A stretch of DNA of 64,000 bases from Octopus sinensis (Eukaryota), in the NCBI RefSeq assembly GCF_006345805.1, contig NC_043017.1:11532001-11596000 (forward strand), written 5' to 3'. Positions 25,032 through 38,526 of the stretch are shown here, in pieces. Below the pieces are notes generated by a model. It was not told the origin of the DNA, did not search any database, and saw only the letters and a program-made list of their open reading frames with translations. A program made the position numbers and the translations under genes. Within the stretch, counting starts at the first letter, position 1. Every line of letters starts with the position of its first letter.

Positions 25032-25944
25032 GCAGCAACAAGTGGACACCAAAATGACACGGAGAAGAGGCCTGATGTGAGTTGTCTAGTTGCCTAGTTT
25101 CAGGTGTTTGTAACACCAGGCACATTGAGAACCTATTCTCTTATGCCCAAAATGCAGCCGACCCATGAACTAGCAAAACACACACACCTTGTGCATGTGT
25201 GTTCAGTTTTGAATATATTCCTTGTGCTGCTTCTCTTTCATATTTCAATATATACACATACACTCACAAGGTGACAGTGCTAAGCAGTGATGTGTATAAA
25301 TACAAACTTGTTACCATTTCAAATATGTTTTGAGGCAGTTTCGAATCCCAAAGAAAGTTTTTCCCTGTATTTTGCCATTGAAAAAGCTTCTCGCTGTTGA
25401 CAGATAAGTGTAAATACAGTGAGTCAGCTCAGAGCTTCTCCTAGCCAGACAGTTCGATGCATGCTTTTCAGAGTGGCTATCTCCTCTGATTGAATAAATA
25501 TGTGATCAAAGATGTCCCATCCCTGACCATCACTTGTCATTGTATATCCAGAACTGCAAAATCTCTCCTTTTCCTTTTGTTTATATTTCTTCTTCTCGAG
25601 ACAGGAAGGTATGATCTGAAGGGAAGTTTGTTGTTGTTTCTAGCAGGCCATGCAGCTAATGTAAACCTTCTCATTCCAGCTTTAATTAAATTGTTAAGAT
25701 AATAGATAGCAGAAGTAAGATGATAAATAGCTGATTTCTGGTGATACTGACCAGACCAGACAAGACCAGACCCAACCTGACCTAAACCCCACACCCTGCA
25801 CCCCACACCCCACACTTCACTGATTTTTTTTTTAAAGTTCTGCCGTTGAACTTACTGATAACAAAGTTTGTTTACTTCTAGTCAGAAATTCATAGTTTGG
25901 AAATTAAGTCCTGTCATTTTAAGAGTACCTTTTCAATACTTGGG

Positions 25945-26860
25945 TAAATATAGGCAAAGATTATAGAGCTAAATATAGAAGTTCAGCCTTATCCTCCTTA
26001 CTCTCCTGACCTTGTCCCATTTGAATATCTTCTTTTCAGGTCATTGCAACGTTATTTAGAGCAGAGGTCCTCAACCCCTTCTTGCCTTTGACTCCTGTTT
26101 TTCCCAGGGAGGGGGAACCCTCATAACCATTCAATGTCTAAAATCTTATATTACATTTCTATAATTAAATATTTAATCATATATCACCATCATCATCATC
26201 ATTTAATGTCTGTTGTTCATGTTAGCATGGGCTGGACGGTTTGACTGGGCTGGCACGCTGGAAGGCTGTGCCAAGCTCCAGTCTAATTTGGCATGGTTTT
26301 CTATGGCTGGATGCCCTTCCTAACGCCAACCACTCCAAGAGTGTAATGGGTGCTTTTATGTGCCACCAGCACGGGTGCCATTTGCGTAACACCAGTATCT
26401 TCCACGATTGTGAATTTACTCAGCTTGATGGGTCTTCTTCTCAAGCATGACGTAATGCCAAGGATCTTGGTCATTGCCTCTTCAATTGCTTATGATGGCC
26501 ATCAAAGGTGATGACAGCATCGATCCAAGACATCCATCGTCTTCTGCCTCCTTGCACATTGTTTCTCATGGAAGCAGACACGGCTGACGAGATCAGTAAG
26601 AGATAAGGCAAATCCTGTGGCTCTGACGCTACTGAAAGTAACCCCAAACAGTAGCCCTAGGGAATTGAGGACAACATCTTTTCCTCCCTTCTTACAGTAT
26701 CTTGCATCTGGTTTCAAAGCAGCCAGTTCATTTCACATAAATTTTAGCAACAAGATCCTATATGGGCCCCCAAGGGTCCCAGCTGAGAACCACAGATTTT
26801 GAGGGGAAAAGTAGTTTATTAATTGTGAAGGGGTTAAAAATGATATTGAATGTCTTTTGT
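25945..26860 (+). mobile_element. Mariner C-terminal remnant split by a hAT-like MITE
   Basis: YPPYSPDLVPFEYLLFRSLQRYLE continues after the insertion as GK...NCEGVKNDIE. Confidence 0.6.
26062..26795. mobile_element. hAT-like MITE containing a nested RTE tail
   Basis: Termini cagaggtcctcaacc / gctgagaaccacag; 8-bp TSD atttagag / attttgag. Confidence 0.6.
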
Positions 26861-27029
26861 TTTTTTTCTTTTTAAAGTCTGGTACTTACTCCATCAGTCT
26901 CTTTTGCCAGACCGCTAAGTCATGAGGACATATACAAACTAACACCAGCAGTGAATCACACATACATAAATATACCTTAGAGAAATACTACCAGAAGAAC
27001 CAGTGCCAAAAGACATTGTGTCCCCAACT

Positions 27030-27410
27030 AAGGCAAAACAAGTAGAAAAGCATATCCGAACAAACCAGCTTCCCTTAAGAAGAAATGGGAGCACAGATCA
27101 CTGCATGACAAATATCTGACAAGAATCAGGGACCCTGATGTAGATCAGAACCCTTGTTCTTCAGTGGCTGATATACTCTGGTCTCAAACCAGGAAATGGC
27201 GAGTATAGCATTGCTGCTCAGGACCAATCCCTTCCAACTGGGAATTACCAAAGTAATGTCCTCAAACAATGAAAGCAGCCCATTGTGCCACATGTGCAGA
27301 GAGTATCCAGAGTCTATTGATCACATGATTTCAGAATGTTGCAGACTGGCACTGATAGAATACTTGAAGTAACATGACCCGGCATCTCAGTACATTATAA
27401 CCTCCCTAAC
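27030..27410 (+). mobile_element. Degenerate R4/Dong-like (restriction-like endonuclease) LINE fragment, zinc-knuckle region
   Basis: Frameshifted GLKP...IAAQDQSLPTGNYQSNVLK; downstream C-x2-C and IDH-like remnants. Confidence 0.65.
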
Positions 27411-27915
27411 AAATATAATTTGTGGGAACCAAAACCACCAACAGTTGCCTAGAATAATAACAACAGCTATATAAACAATAAAATTGATAATAAAATAAAA
27501 AGAAAACACACAACAAAATATAAAAAATAAAATGAAAATAACAACAAACTATTTAGTAATGGTTATTTCTTATCGTTCCTTGTCTTATCCAAAGCTAAAA
27601 ATACTTTGACTAATTTTTGAAATTTTTTCACTCTCCTCTCTTGTTAGAGATATGTTTCACAGTTTACCAAATTTATTTCAGTTTTCTTCTAGTTTATTAT
27701 TATGTTTTTTGCTGCAAAGAATAAACCACCTGCATTTACTATTGGCAATACACACACATGCACATGCGCACCACACTCACAAAATAATAAAATAAGAGAT
27801 GAAAGAGCTTATTTTAGTTTCTTGTTGGTGCAGAGTAACCGTTGCAATTGCAATCTTACTATAAAACAAGTGCAATTTCTTCAGGGTCTTTACTTTTGAT
27901 TTAACTGATATATAT

Positions 27916-28332
27916 AGGCGCAGGAGTGGCTGTGTGGAAAGTAGCTTGCTAACCAACCACATGGTTCCGGGTTCAGTCCCACTGCGTAGCATCTTGGGCA
28001 AATGTCTTCTGCTATAGCCCCGGGCTGACCAATGCCTTGTGAGTGGATTTGGTAGACGGAAACTGAAAGAAGCCCGTCGTATATATGTATATATATATAT
28101 ATGTGTGTGTGTGTGCGTGTATGTTTGTGTGTCTGTGTTTGTCCCCCTAGCATTGCTTGACAACCGATGCTGGTGTGTTTACGTCCCCGTTACTTAGCAG
28201 TTCGGCAAAAAAAAACGATAGAATAAGTACTGGGCTTACAAAAGAATAAGTCCCGGGGTCGAGTTGCTCGATTAAAGGCAGTGCTCCAGCATGGCCACAG
28301 TCAAATGACTGAAACAAGTAAAAGAGTAAAGA

Positions 28333-28334
<2 letters not shown>
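27916..28334 (+). mobile_element. SINE family A
   Basis: Collinear with the other copies. Confidence 0.85.
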
Positions 28335-28379
<45 letters not shown>

Positions 28380-28656
28380 TTTTATCTGTGACCATGCTGG
28401 GGTGCAGCCTGGAAGAATTTTAGTCAAATGAATCAGCCCCGAAATTTATGTTTTTTTGGGGTGCCTGATACTTTTTTTATTGGTCTGTTTTTTTGCATAA
28501 TCACTAAGTTACGGGGATATAAACACACTGATACAGGTTATCAAGTAGTGATAGGGAACAGATGGGGGACAAATACACGCACACACACACGTTTGTGTGT
28601 GTGTGTATATGTATGTGTGTTTGTGTGTATATATTTGTATGTCTACACTATATAAG

Positions 28657-28694
<38 letters not shown>

Positions 28695-29400
28695 GTATAG
28701 ATCTATATGTGTGTGTGTGTCTCTCTCTATATACACACGCATACCCACATACTTGTGGAGAATAAAACTAAGCTGGATCTTCTCCGTGCTTAGAAACTCA
28801 AAGGTGGGGTAGATTTGTGGATAAGTTAAAAGACAAATAAATAAATGAAAATTGACAAAGAGTGTTTGCTCAAAATGTTAATTCATGGGGGATAATGAGG
28901 ATGAAAAGTAGTTTAATCTAACTTTAGGTGCAAGGCAGACCAGAAAGTTTGCAGGGAGGGCATAGTGAAGGTTGTCAACTCTTGTATCTTGTTTTCCTTC
29001 ATTTGATATTAAAACCATCTTTTTAGGTGAGGTAGCTACTGTGTGTGTGTGTGTGTGTGCACGCTCACACACACACTCACATAGCTCCTGTTCTTTTGTC
29101 ATTCATTAAATGATATATAATACATATATACTATTATTATTTTTGTTGTTATTCCATTCCAACAGGAAGCTACTTAACCTGGCCAGTTCATATGGCCTTC
29201 TCTCAGCAACAGGAAGCTGGTTAATCTTGTCAGGTCTGTATGGCCTTCACACACTTCAAACTCTATGAGGATATAATCATTAGACTTTGTTTGAGAAGTC
29301 GAGCAGTGGGACTCTTGATGTGTTTAATTATTCCGCTAGAAATAGCAGCCAAATCTTCCTCAAATTGCATTCAAACATCTTAAGGAAAAGGAAGGTCACA

Positions 29401-29880
29401 GTAAATAATTTAGTCCTAGATATACTCTGCTATCAAAATAAAAAGAAAGGTACCTTACGTAATGTAGTCCTAGATACATCTTGCCGTCTTAAGAAAGGGA
29501 TAAGGCACATTAGATAATGTAACTCTTGATACACTCTGCCATCTTAACAAAGGAGGAGGACACACTATATAATGCAGTCCTATGTATACCTTAGAATCTT
29601 TATGAAGAGGGAGACCACATTAGATAATGTAGGCCTAGGTATACTCTTCTACCTCAGTAAAGATCAAATGAGATTATTTAGTCCTAGATATATTTTACAA
29701 TCTTAATGAAGGGGGAAGACACATTAGGCTATGTAGTCCTAGATATACCATGCCATCTTCTCCCAAAGCAGGATGATTATTGCTGGAATATTGTTGATTA
29801 CAGGTTTGTTGGATCAAGATGTTACCTTGACAACAAGGAAGGATATATTTAATAATGTATTCCTAGGTATACTATGCCTT
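29401..29880. repeat. Diverged ~55-bp tandem array (about 8 units)
   Basis: tagtcctagatatac-like anchors at 29411, 29465, 29520, 29575, 29630, 29679, 29734 and 29858. Confidence 0.75.
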
Positions 29881-29994
29881 TGGCCACAGCTCACTTCCCA
29901 ACTGTGAGGTTTTAGTCATGGAAACTAAAAGAAGTCTGTTGTACTACATGCACACACACACACACACACACACACCACACATGCCTATATATAT

Positions 29995-30238
29995 ATCATC
30001 ATCATCATCATCATCATTTAGCGTCCACTTTTCATGCTAGCATGGGTTGGGCGGTTCAACTGGGGTCTGGGAAGCTAGAAGGCTGCACCAGGCCCAGTCT
30101 GATCTGGCAATGTTTCTATGGCTGGATGCCCTTCCTAGCACCAAGATGCCCTTCCTAATGCCAGGATGCCCTTCCTAATGCCAGGATGCCCTTCGTAACG
30201 CCAAGGATGCTCTTCCTAACGCCAAGATGCCCTTCCTA
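29995..30238 (-). mobile_element. RTE 3' tail copy whose truncated 5' end is a 20-bp tandem stutter
   Basis: gatgcccttcctaa.gcca. starts at 30125, 30145, 30165, 30185, 30206 and 30226. Confidence 0.8.
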
Positions 30239-31036
30239 TATATATATATACATATACATATAGGTATTTATAGATATATGTGTTTGTATATTTGTGTGTG
30301 TGTATATATATATATACATCTCTTCTTTTATTGAAACTGAAGTTAACAGTTTGCTTCATGGCTTCAGTTTCTTACCCTTGCAAATCTTCAGGTGGGAATT
30401 GTTATGATTCAGTTTTGTAGCACGTCGTTTACAACATGTCTTAGGTACACCTCTCTCGTGAGTTCAACATGTGTACATTTATGTGTGTGTGTGTGTTACC
30501 TTATCTATCTTGATATTGTGGGATAGTTGTGAATGTGTTCCACTGTCATACATGTAGTGTCACATTTCTAATATTTGGCAAAAACATATCAGACCATGGG
30601 GAAATGGAAAATGGACATTAAATGATGACGATAATGATGATGATATATGTATGTATATATATATATATATTGTTATTGTTATTTTAATTTTAATATTTCT
30701 GTTATATGTAATTTTCTAGATGGTGTGATTTAATTTTTCATTTTGAATTGATAAAAGGTGGTCTTTTCTAATTTTTATATATATATATATATATATATAT
30801 TATATTGTGTGAAATTTGATTTCACTTCACCGAAACTCTATAAAATGATTAAATTCCCCACAAAGGAATTAATTTGATTTGAAAACCCCACTAGAATGGG
30901 AGAAAGTGCTAATAATCTGAATGATATGATCTGAATGATATGATATATATATGTAAAAAATGTAATATATAAATAAATATCTATAAATATGAACCATCCG
31001 ATCTTCTGATTACCTCATTTCTTCTAATATATATAT

Positions 31037-31770
31037 ATCATCATCATCATCATTTAGTGTCTGTTTTCCATGCTAGCATGGGTTGGACGGTTTAACTGGG
31101 GTCTGTGAGGCCGGAAGGCTTCATCAGGCCCAGTCAGATTTGGCAGTGTTTCTACGGCTGGATGCCCTTCCTAACGCCAACCACTCCGCGAGTGTAGTGG
31201 GTGTTTTTTTACGTGCCACCTGCACAGGTGCCAGACAGAGCTGGCGAACGGCCACGAACGGATGGTGTTTTTACGTGTCACCGGCACGGGGCCAGACAGA
31301 GCTGGCAAACGGCCACGAACGGACGGTGCTTTTACGTGTCACCTGCACGGGGGCCAGCCGAGGCTGGCTACGAACACGAACGGATGGTGCTTTTACGTGC
31401 CACCGACACGAGGCCAGACAGAGCTGGCAAACGGCCACGAACGGACGGTGCTTTTACGTGTCACCGGCACGGGGGCCAGCCGAGGCTGGCAACGGACACG
31501 AATGGACGGTGCTTTTATGTGCCACCGACACGGGCCAGACGGAGCTGGCAAACGGCCACGAACGGACGGTGCTTTTACGTGTCACCGGCACGGGGGCCAG
31601 CGAGGCTGGCAACGAACACGAACGGATGGTGCTTTTACGTGCCACCACACGGGGGCCAGACAGAGCTGGCAAACGGCCACGAGCGAATGGTGCTTTTACG
31701 TATCACCGACACGGGTGCCAGACGAGGCTGACAGTGGACACGAACAGATGGGTCACTTAACCCCTGCTTT
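31037..31770 (-). mobile_element. RTE 3' tail copy with an expanded 9-unit internal tandem repeat
   Basis: (cat)n tail, ccatgctagcatgggttgg, ggatgcccttcctaacgcc, then 9 units of ~60 bp at 31200-31750. Confidence 0.85.
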
Positions 31771-31804
31771 CTGATATATGATTTGATTTTGATTGTTCTC
31801 ACTG

Positions 31805-31842
<38 letters not shown>

Positions 31843-32093
31843 ATTATTTGAGGGAATATTTATCCAAACTTACAGGGAAAAATATTCAATTTAGAAATAC
31901 TAAATCAAATTTCACACAATATAATATATATAAAAATTAGAAAAGACCACCTTTTATCAATTCAAAATGAAAAATTAAATCACACCATCTAGAAAATTAC
32001 ATATAATAGAAATATTAAAATTAAAATAACAATAAAATACCATTGATTAAGTAAATTGCAAAAAAATAATAAAAACGTATGTAATTGGTAGAA

Positions 32094-32197
32094 TAATGAC
32101 ACGTGTTTCGTGGCTATATTTAAGAAATGATTATAGTAAAAAAATTAATAGTAGTAGTAAAATCACTTCGATATAAATATAGCCACTCATCAGGTTA
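32094..32197 (-). ncRNA. Type I hammerhead motif with canonical core and weak helix I
   Basis: CUGAUGA-GUGGCUAUAUUUA[...]UAAAUAUAGCCAC-GAAA-CACGU-GUC: perfect 13-bp helix II, palindromic ACACGUGU, GUC triplet; C-A mismatch at the base of helix I. Confidence 0.8.
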
Positions 32198-32264
32198 AAA
32201 ATAAACTAGAATAATAAAATAGTTAATTAATAAGTATACTTTAATATATATCTATATATATATA

Positions 32265-32777
32265 TCTATATATATAAAACTGTAGTTGTGTGAGTGTCTG
32301 TCCCCTTCGATTTAGATTCCTAACTACTCCCACATTTTGCGGTGCAGTTTAACCAAATTCGGGTATCTTATAGTCGTGATTCATATCGAGCCCGTCTGAA
32401 TATTAGCGCGCGTCTACGATGAGTCTACGATTTTAAAAATAATTTAACATCATTTTTTATTCCATTTTAATGCATAATTTTTCGTGTGTCGATGACGGTG
32501 GAGTTGGCGTCCATGGTCACACCTGCGCCTGTTTGCTTCTCCCCCTTCTTCCCTCCCTCGTGAAGCTGTGGGGAAGGGAGTGTAAGGAAATCAACGTCGT
32601 AAAGCGTTGTCAAGGAGACCAGCGTTCTTTTAGAACGACTTCTTCATGGCTTGAAGACACCAAAACAGAAATGGCTAAGAAAGCCCGAATTGGCATCTAT
32701 GAGGGAAGTAACTCTCTAAAAATGCTTATATAGTTATTTCCCTTACAAACCCAAGCAACGCCGGGCGATACTGCTAG
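32265..32777 (+). mobile_element. Non-autonomous Helitron (513 bp), second copy
   Basis: A|TC...CTAG|T; collinear with 7856-8368 with few substitutions. Confidence 0.88.
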
Positions 32778-32990
32778 TATATATATATATATATGAAGTA
32801 ATTGAAAGAAACACAGAGCATCTCAAAATAAATACGGTAGCAAAAGGGTTAAGGCATATGTTTTTTGTCTCTGATTAAATTATGTTCATAGCATAATTAA
32901 TGCAAATTTAATGCACAAATTTGTAATTTACTTATTGAGTATTAATGGAAATGGCTTTAAGAAGTAAAGATTACTAATTTTTGTTAATAA

Positions 32991-33363
32991 TCTCTCTCTA
33001 TATAAACGGCAGTTTGTCTGTGCGTGTTTCTGTGTGTCTGTTTGCTTGTACCCTCACCCTGACCACGGCTTTCAACCGATTCTGATGAAACTTGACACAC
33101 ACATAGCCCAATGTCATAATTCAAAACTAACGCAGCGAAAATTTTGAAAAGTTCCCCCAGTTCTGAAAAAAATCGATAAATTCGACATGGGGTCGAGAAT
33201 CAGAAACACAAACCGCAAACTGTCTAGGGGACGCAACTCCACCTTTTTTTACTCTCAAAAAAAATTTACCATCATTTTTTTCCATTTTTTGGCTATAACT
33301 CTCTAAAAATGCTTTATAGTTATTTCCCTTACAAACCTGAGCAACGCCGGGCGATACTGCTAG
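32991..33363 (+). mobile_element. Non-autonomous Helitron variant (373 bp)
   Basis: A|TC...CTAG|T; shares only the last ~70 bp with the 513-bp family. Confidence 0.8.
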
Positions 33364-33644
33364 TAAATAATAATTAATTTTCTACACTCCATTTTCTTTT
33401 CTTCATTTAACTGGATATGAACTATATGCTTAATATATACCTATTGTTTTAAGGGAGTTTCATTCCCCAGTAATATTAGGTATCGAACCAGTATTCCCTT
33501 GGATGTAATCACCCCTTTATGAGGTTAACATATCCTCTAAATAAATCTATATATATAGTTAATACAAACATGAACAAGCAAGAAAAAACAACAAGAGGAC
33601 GTGGAATAAGTAATAAAGACACTCAGGAAAGGAAAGAAAAGAGG

Positions 33645-33679
33645 ATTTCACGTTTCAAGCAGAGCTCTTCATCAGAAAT
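33645..33679 (-). ncRNA. Minimal hammerhead variant, probably inactive (N17=G), in element 33557-33745 of the same family as 43400-43596
   Basis: AUUU-CUGAUGA-A-GAGC(UCU)GCUU-GAAA-CG-UG/AAAU; flanks align with the 43.4-kb element. Confidence 0.6.
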
Positions 33680-33979
33680 ATAGCAAAAGTCCAAAGAAGG
33701 GAAGGCGGAGAAAGAAAATCACCAACGATACACACGCAGTCACACACACACATTTATGCTATATACATTGTCTGTTTGCCCATTCGTGGTGGGGTGCACA
33801 TATTTTTGGGGAGAAAATTGATGTGGGATGCGAGGTAAAAATAAGGTCATGAAACTTTGACATAGAGAATGTCTGCAGTCTTGGTGGCTCAAACTAAAAC
33901 ATTTATTTTTTTACTTGTTTACATCTCGCTTTCCATCTTATCATGAGTGGGATAGTTTCCACAAATACTTATATTCTCA

Positions 33980-34090
33980 TATATATATATATATATGTAT
34001 GTATGTATATGATGATGTATATATATATATATATGTATGTGTATATATGTATGTATATGTATGTGTATATATATATATGTATGTGTATAT

Positions 34091-34121
<31 letters not shown>

Positions 34122-34395
34122 TGTGTATATATGTATGTGTGTATATATATATATATATGTATGTATGTATATATGTATATGTATGTGTATATATGTATGT
34201 GTATATATATATATATATGTATGTATGTATATATATATGTATGTATGTATATATATATGTATGTATGTATATATATATGTATGTATATATGTATATATAT
34301 GTATGTATATGTACGTATATATATATATATGTATGTATATGTACGTATATATATATATATGTATGTATATGTACGTATATATATATATATGTATG

Positions 34396-34462
<67 letters not shown>

Positions 34463-34705
34463 TATGTATGTATATATATGTATGTATATATGTATATGTA
34501 TGTATATATGTATATGTATATATGTGTATATATGTGTATGTATATATGTATATGTATATATGTATATATATGTATGATATATGTATATATGTATAATATA
34601 TGTATGTATATATATATGTATGTATATATATATGTATATGTATATGTATATATGTATATATATATGTATATTGTATATAATAATGTATATATGTGTATAT
34701 ATATG

Positions 34706-34745
<40 letters not shown>

Positions 34746-34930
34746 TGTATGTATATATATATGTATGTATATATATATGTATTAATATGTATGTATATAT
34801 ATATGTATATATGTATATGTATATATGTATATGTATATATATATGTATATATATATGTATATGTATATATATATGTATAGTATATATAATGTATATGTAT
34901 ATATATGTATATGTATATGTATTGTATATG

Positions 34931-34991
<61 letters not shown>

Positions 34992-36237
34992 ATATATGTA
35001 TATATATATGTATATATATATGTATATATATATATGTATGTATATATATATGTATGTTATATATATGTATGTATATATATATGTATGTATGTAATAATGT
35101 ATGTATGTATATATGTATATATATGTATATATGTATATATATGTATATATGTATATATGTATATATATGTATATATGTATATATATGTATATATGTATAT
35201 ATATATGTATATATATGTATATATATATGTATATATATGTATATGTATATATGTATATATATATGTATATATGTATATATATGTATATATATGTATATAT
35301 ATATGTATATATATGTATATATGTATATGTATATATATATGTATATATGTATATATATATATGTATATATGTATATGTATATATATGTATGTATGTATAT
35401 ATATGTATATATGTATATATGTATATATATATATGTATATATGTATATATATATATGTATATATGTATATATGTATATATATATGTATGTATGTATATAT
35501 GTATATATATATGTATGTATGTATATATGTATATATATATATATGTATGTATGTATATATGTATATATATATATATGTATGTATGTATATATGTATGTAT
35601 ATATATATGTATGTATGTATATATATATATGTATATATATATGTATATATATGTATATATATATATGTATATATGTATATATATATGTATGTATATATAT
35701 ATATATGTATATATGTATGTATATATGTATGTATATATATATATGTATATATGTATATATGTATGTATATATGTATATATGTATGTATATATGTATATAT
35801 GTATGTATATATATATGTATATATGTATATATGTATGTATATATATATGTATATATGTATATATGTATGTATATATATATGTATATATGTATATAGTATG
35901 TATATATATATGTATTATATATGTATATATGTTATGTATGTATATATGTATATATGTATGTATATATATGTTGTATATGTATATATGTATGTATATATAT
36001 ATGTATGTATATATGTTATATGTATATATATATGTATATATGTATATATATATGTAATATATATGTATATATGTATATATATGTATATATGTATATATAT
36101 ATGTATATATATATGTATATATTATTATATAATATGTTTATATATGTATATATATATGTATATATATATGTTATATATATGTAATATATGTATATGTATA
36201 TATATATGTATGTATATATATATTGTATATATGTATG

Positions 36238-36269
<32 letters not shown>

Positions 36270-38128
36270 TATATGTACGTATATATGTATAAACGTATGT
36301 ATATATATATATAGTATAATGTATGTATATATGTATATATGATATATGTATGTATATATGTATGTATATGTATATATGTATGTATATATGTATGTATATA
36401 TATATGTATATTGTATATTATATGTATATGTATATATATATGTATATGTATATATATATGTATAATGTATATATATATGTATATGTATATATATATGTAT
36501 ATATATGTTGTATATATATATATATGTATATATATGTTGTATATATATATATATGTATATATATATGTATGTATATATATATGTATGTATATATATATGT
36601 ATGTATATATATATGTATGTATATATATATGTATGTATATATATATGTATGTTGTATATATGTATGTATAGATATAGTATGTATATATATATGTATGTTA
36701 TATATATATGTATGTATATATATATTATGTATATATATGTATGTATGTATATATGTATATATATATGTATGTATGTATATATGTATTATATGTATATATA
36801 TGTATATATGTATATATATGTATATATGTATATATATGTATATATGTATATATATGTATATATGTATATATGTATATGTATATATATATGTATGTATATA
36901 TGTATATATATATGTTGTATGTATATATGTATATATGTATTGTATATATGTAATATATATATATGTATATATATGTATATATATGTATATATATATGTAT
37001 ATATATGTATATATATATATGTATATATGTATATATATATGTATGTATATATATATATATTTTATATGTATGTATATATGTAATATGTATGTATATATAT
37101 ATATGTAATATGTATATATGGTATATATGTATATATGTATGTATATATATATGTATATATGGATATGTATGTATATATATATGTATATTGTATGATATAT
37201 ATATGTATATAATGTATATATGATATATGTATGTATATCTATATGTATGTATATATGTATATATGTATATATATATGTATATATGTATATAGTATATATA
37301 TGTATATATATATGTATATATATATGTATATATATATGTATATAATGTATATATGTATATATATGTTATATATATATATAATGTATGTATATATATATAT
37401 GTATATATGTATGTATATATATGTATATATGTATGTATGTATGTATATATGTATAATATGTATATATGTATAATATATGTATTATGTAATATGTATGTAT
37501 ATGTATATATGTATGTATATATGTATATATGTATATAGTATGTATATATGTATATATGTATGTATATATATATGTATGTATATATGTATATATGTATGTA
37601 TATATATATATGTATATATGTATGTATGTATATATATATATGTATATGTATGTATGTATATATTATATATGATATGTATGTATGTATATATATATATTAT
37701 ATATGTATGTATATATATATATATGTATATATGTTGTATATATATATATGTAATATATATCTATGTTATATATATATATGTATATATGTATATATTATAT
37801 ATGTATATATGTATGTATATATATATATTATATATGTATGTAATATATATATGTTGTATATATATATATATGTATGTATATATATATATATGTATATATG
37901 TATGTATATATATATATGTATATATATTATATATGTATGTATATATATATATGTAGTATATATATGTATGTATATATATATGTATATGTATGTATATATA
38001 TATAATATGTATGTATATATATATGTATATATATGTATATATATAATGTATATATATATATATGTATATATGTATGTATATATGTTGTATATATATATGT
38101 ATGTTATATATGTATGTATATATGTATG

Positions 38129-38159
<31 letters not shown>

Positions 38160-38493
38160 GTATATATATATGTATGTATATAGTATATTATATATAGTAT
38201 GTATATATATATATGTATATATATATATGTATATATATATATGTATATATATAATATATATATTATGTATATATATATATATGTATATATATGTATATAT
38301 ATGTATATATCTGTATATATTGTATATATATATGTATATATATGTATATATATGTATAATATATGTATGTATATATGTATTATATATATTATATATAGTA
38401 TGTATGTATATATATATGTATATATATGTATATATAATGTATATATATATATGTATATATATATGTATGTATATGTATGTATATATATGTATG

Positions 38494-38526
<33 letters not shown>

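Noticed and set aside
25315-25620. Exon-like open frames on the minus strand (e.g. EKLFQWQNTGKNFLWDSKLPQNIFEM)
   Set aside because: Homology is spread across frames with stops, there is no consistent link to other exons, and the protein is not recognised; a faint FANCC-like resemblance is too weak to call.
31200-31750. CRISPR-like look (constant repeat plus variable spacer)
   Set aside because: The variable parts alternate between two sequence types instead of being unique, the array is inside a eukaryotic RTE 3' UTR, and there are no cas genes.
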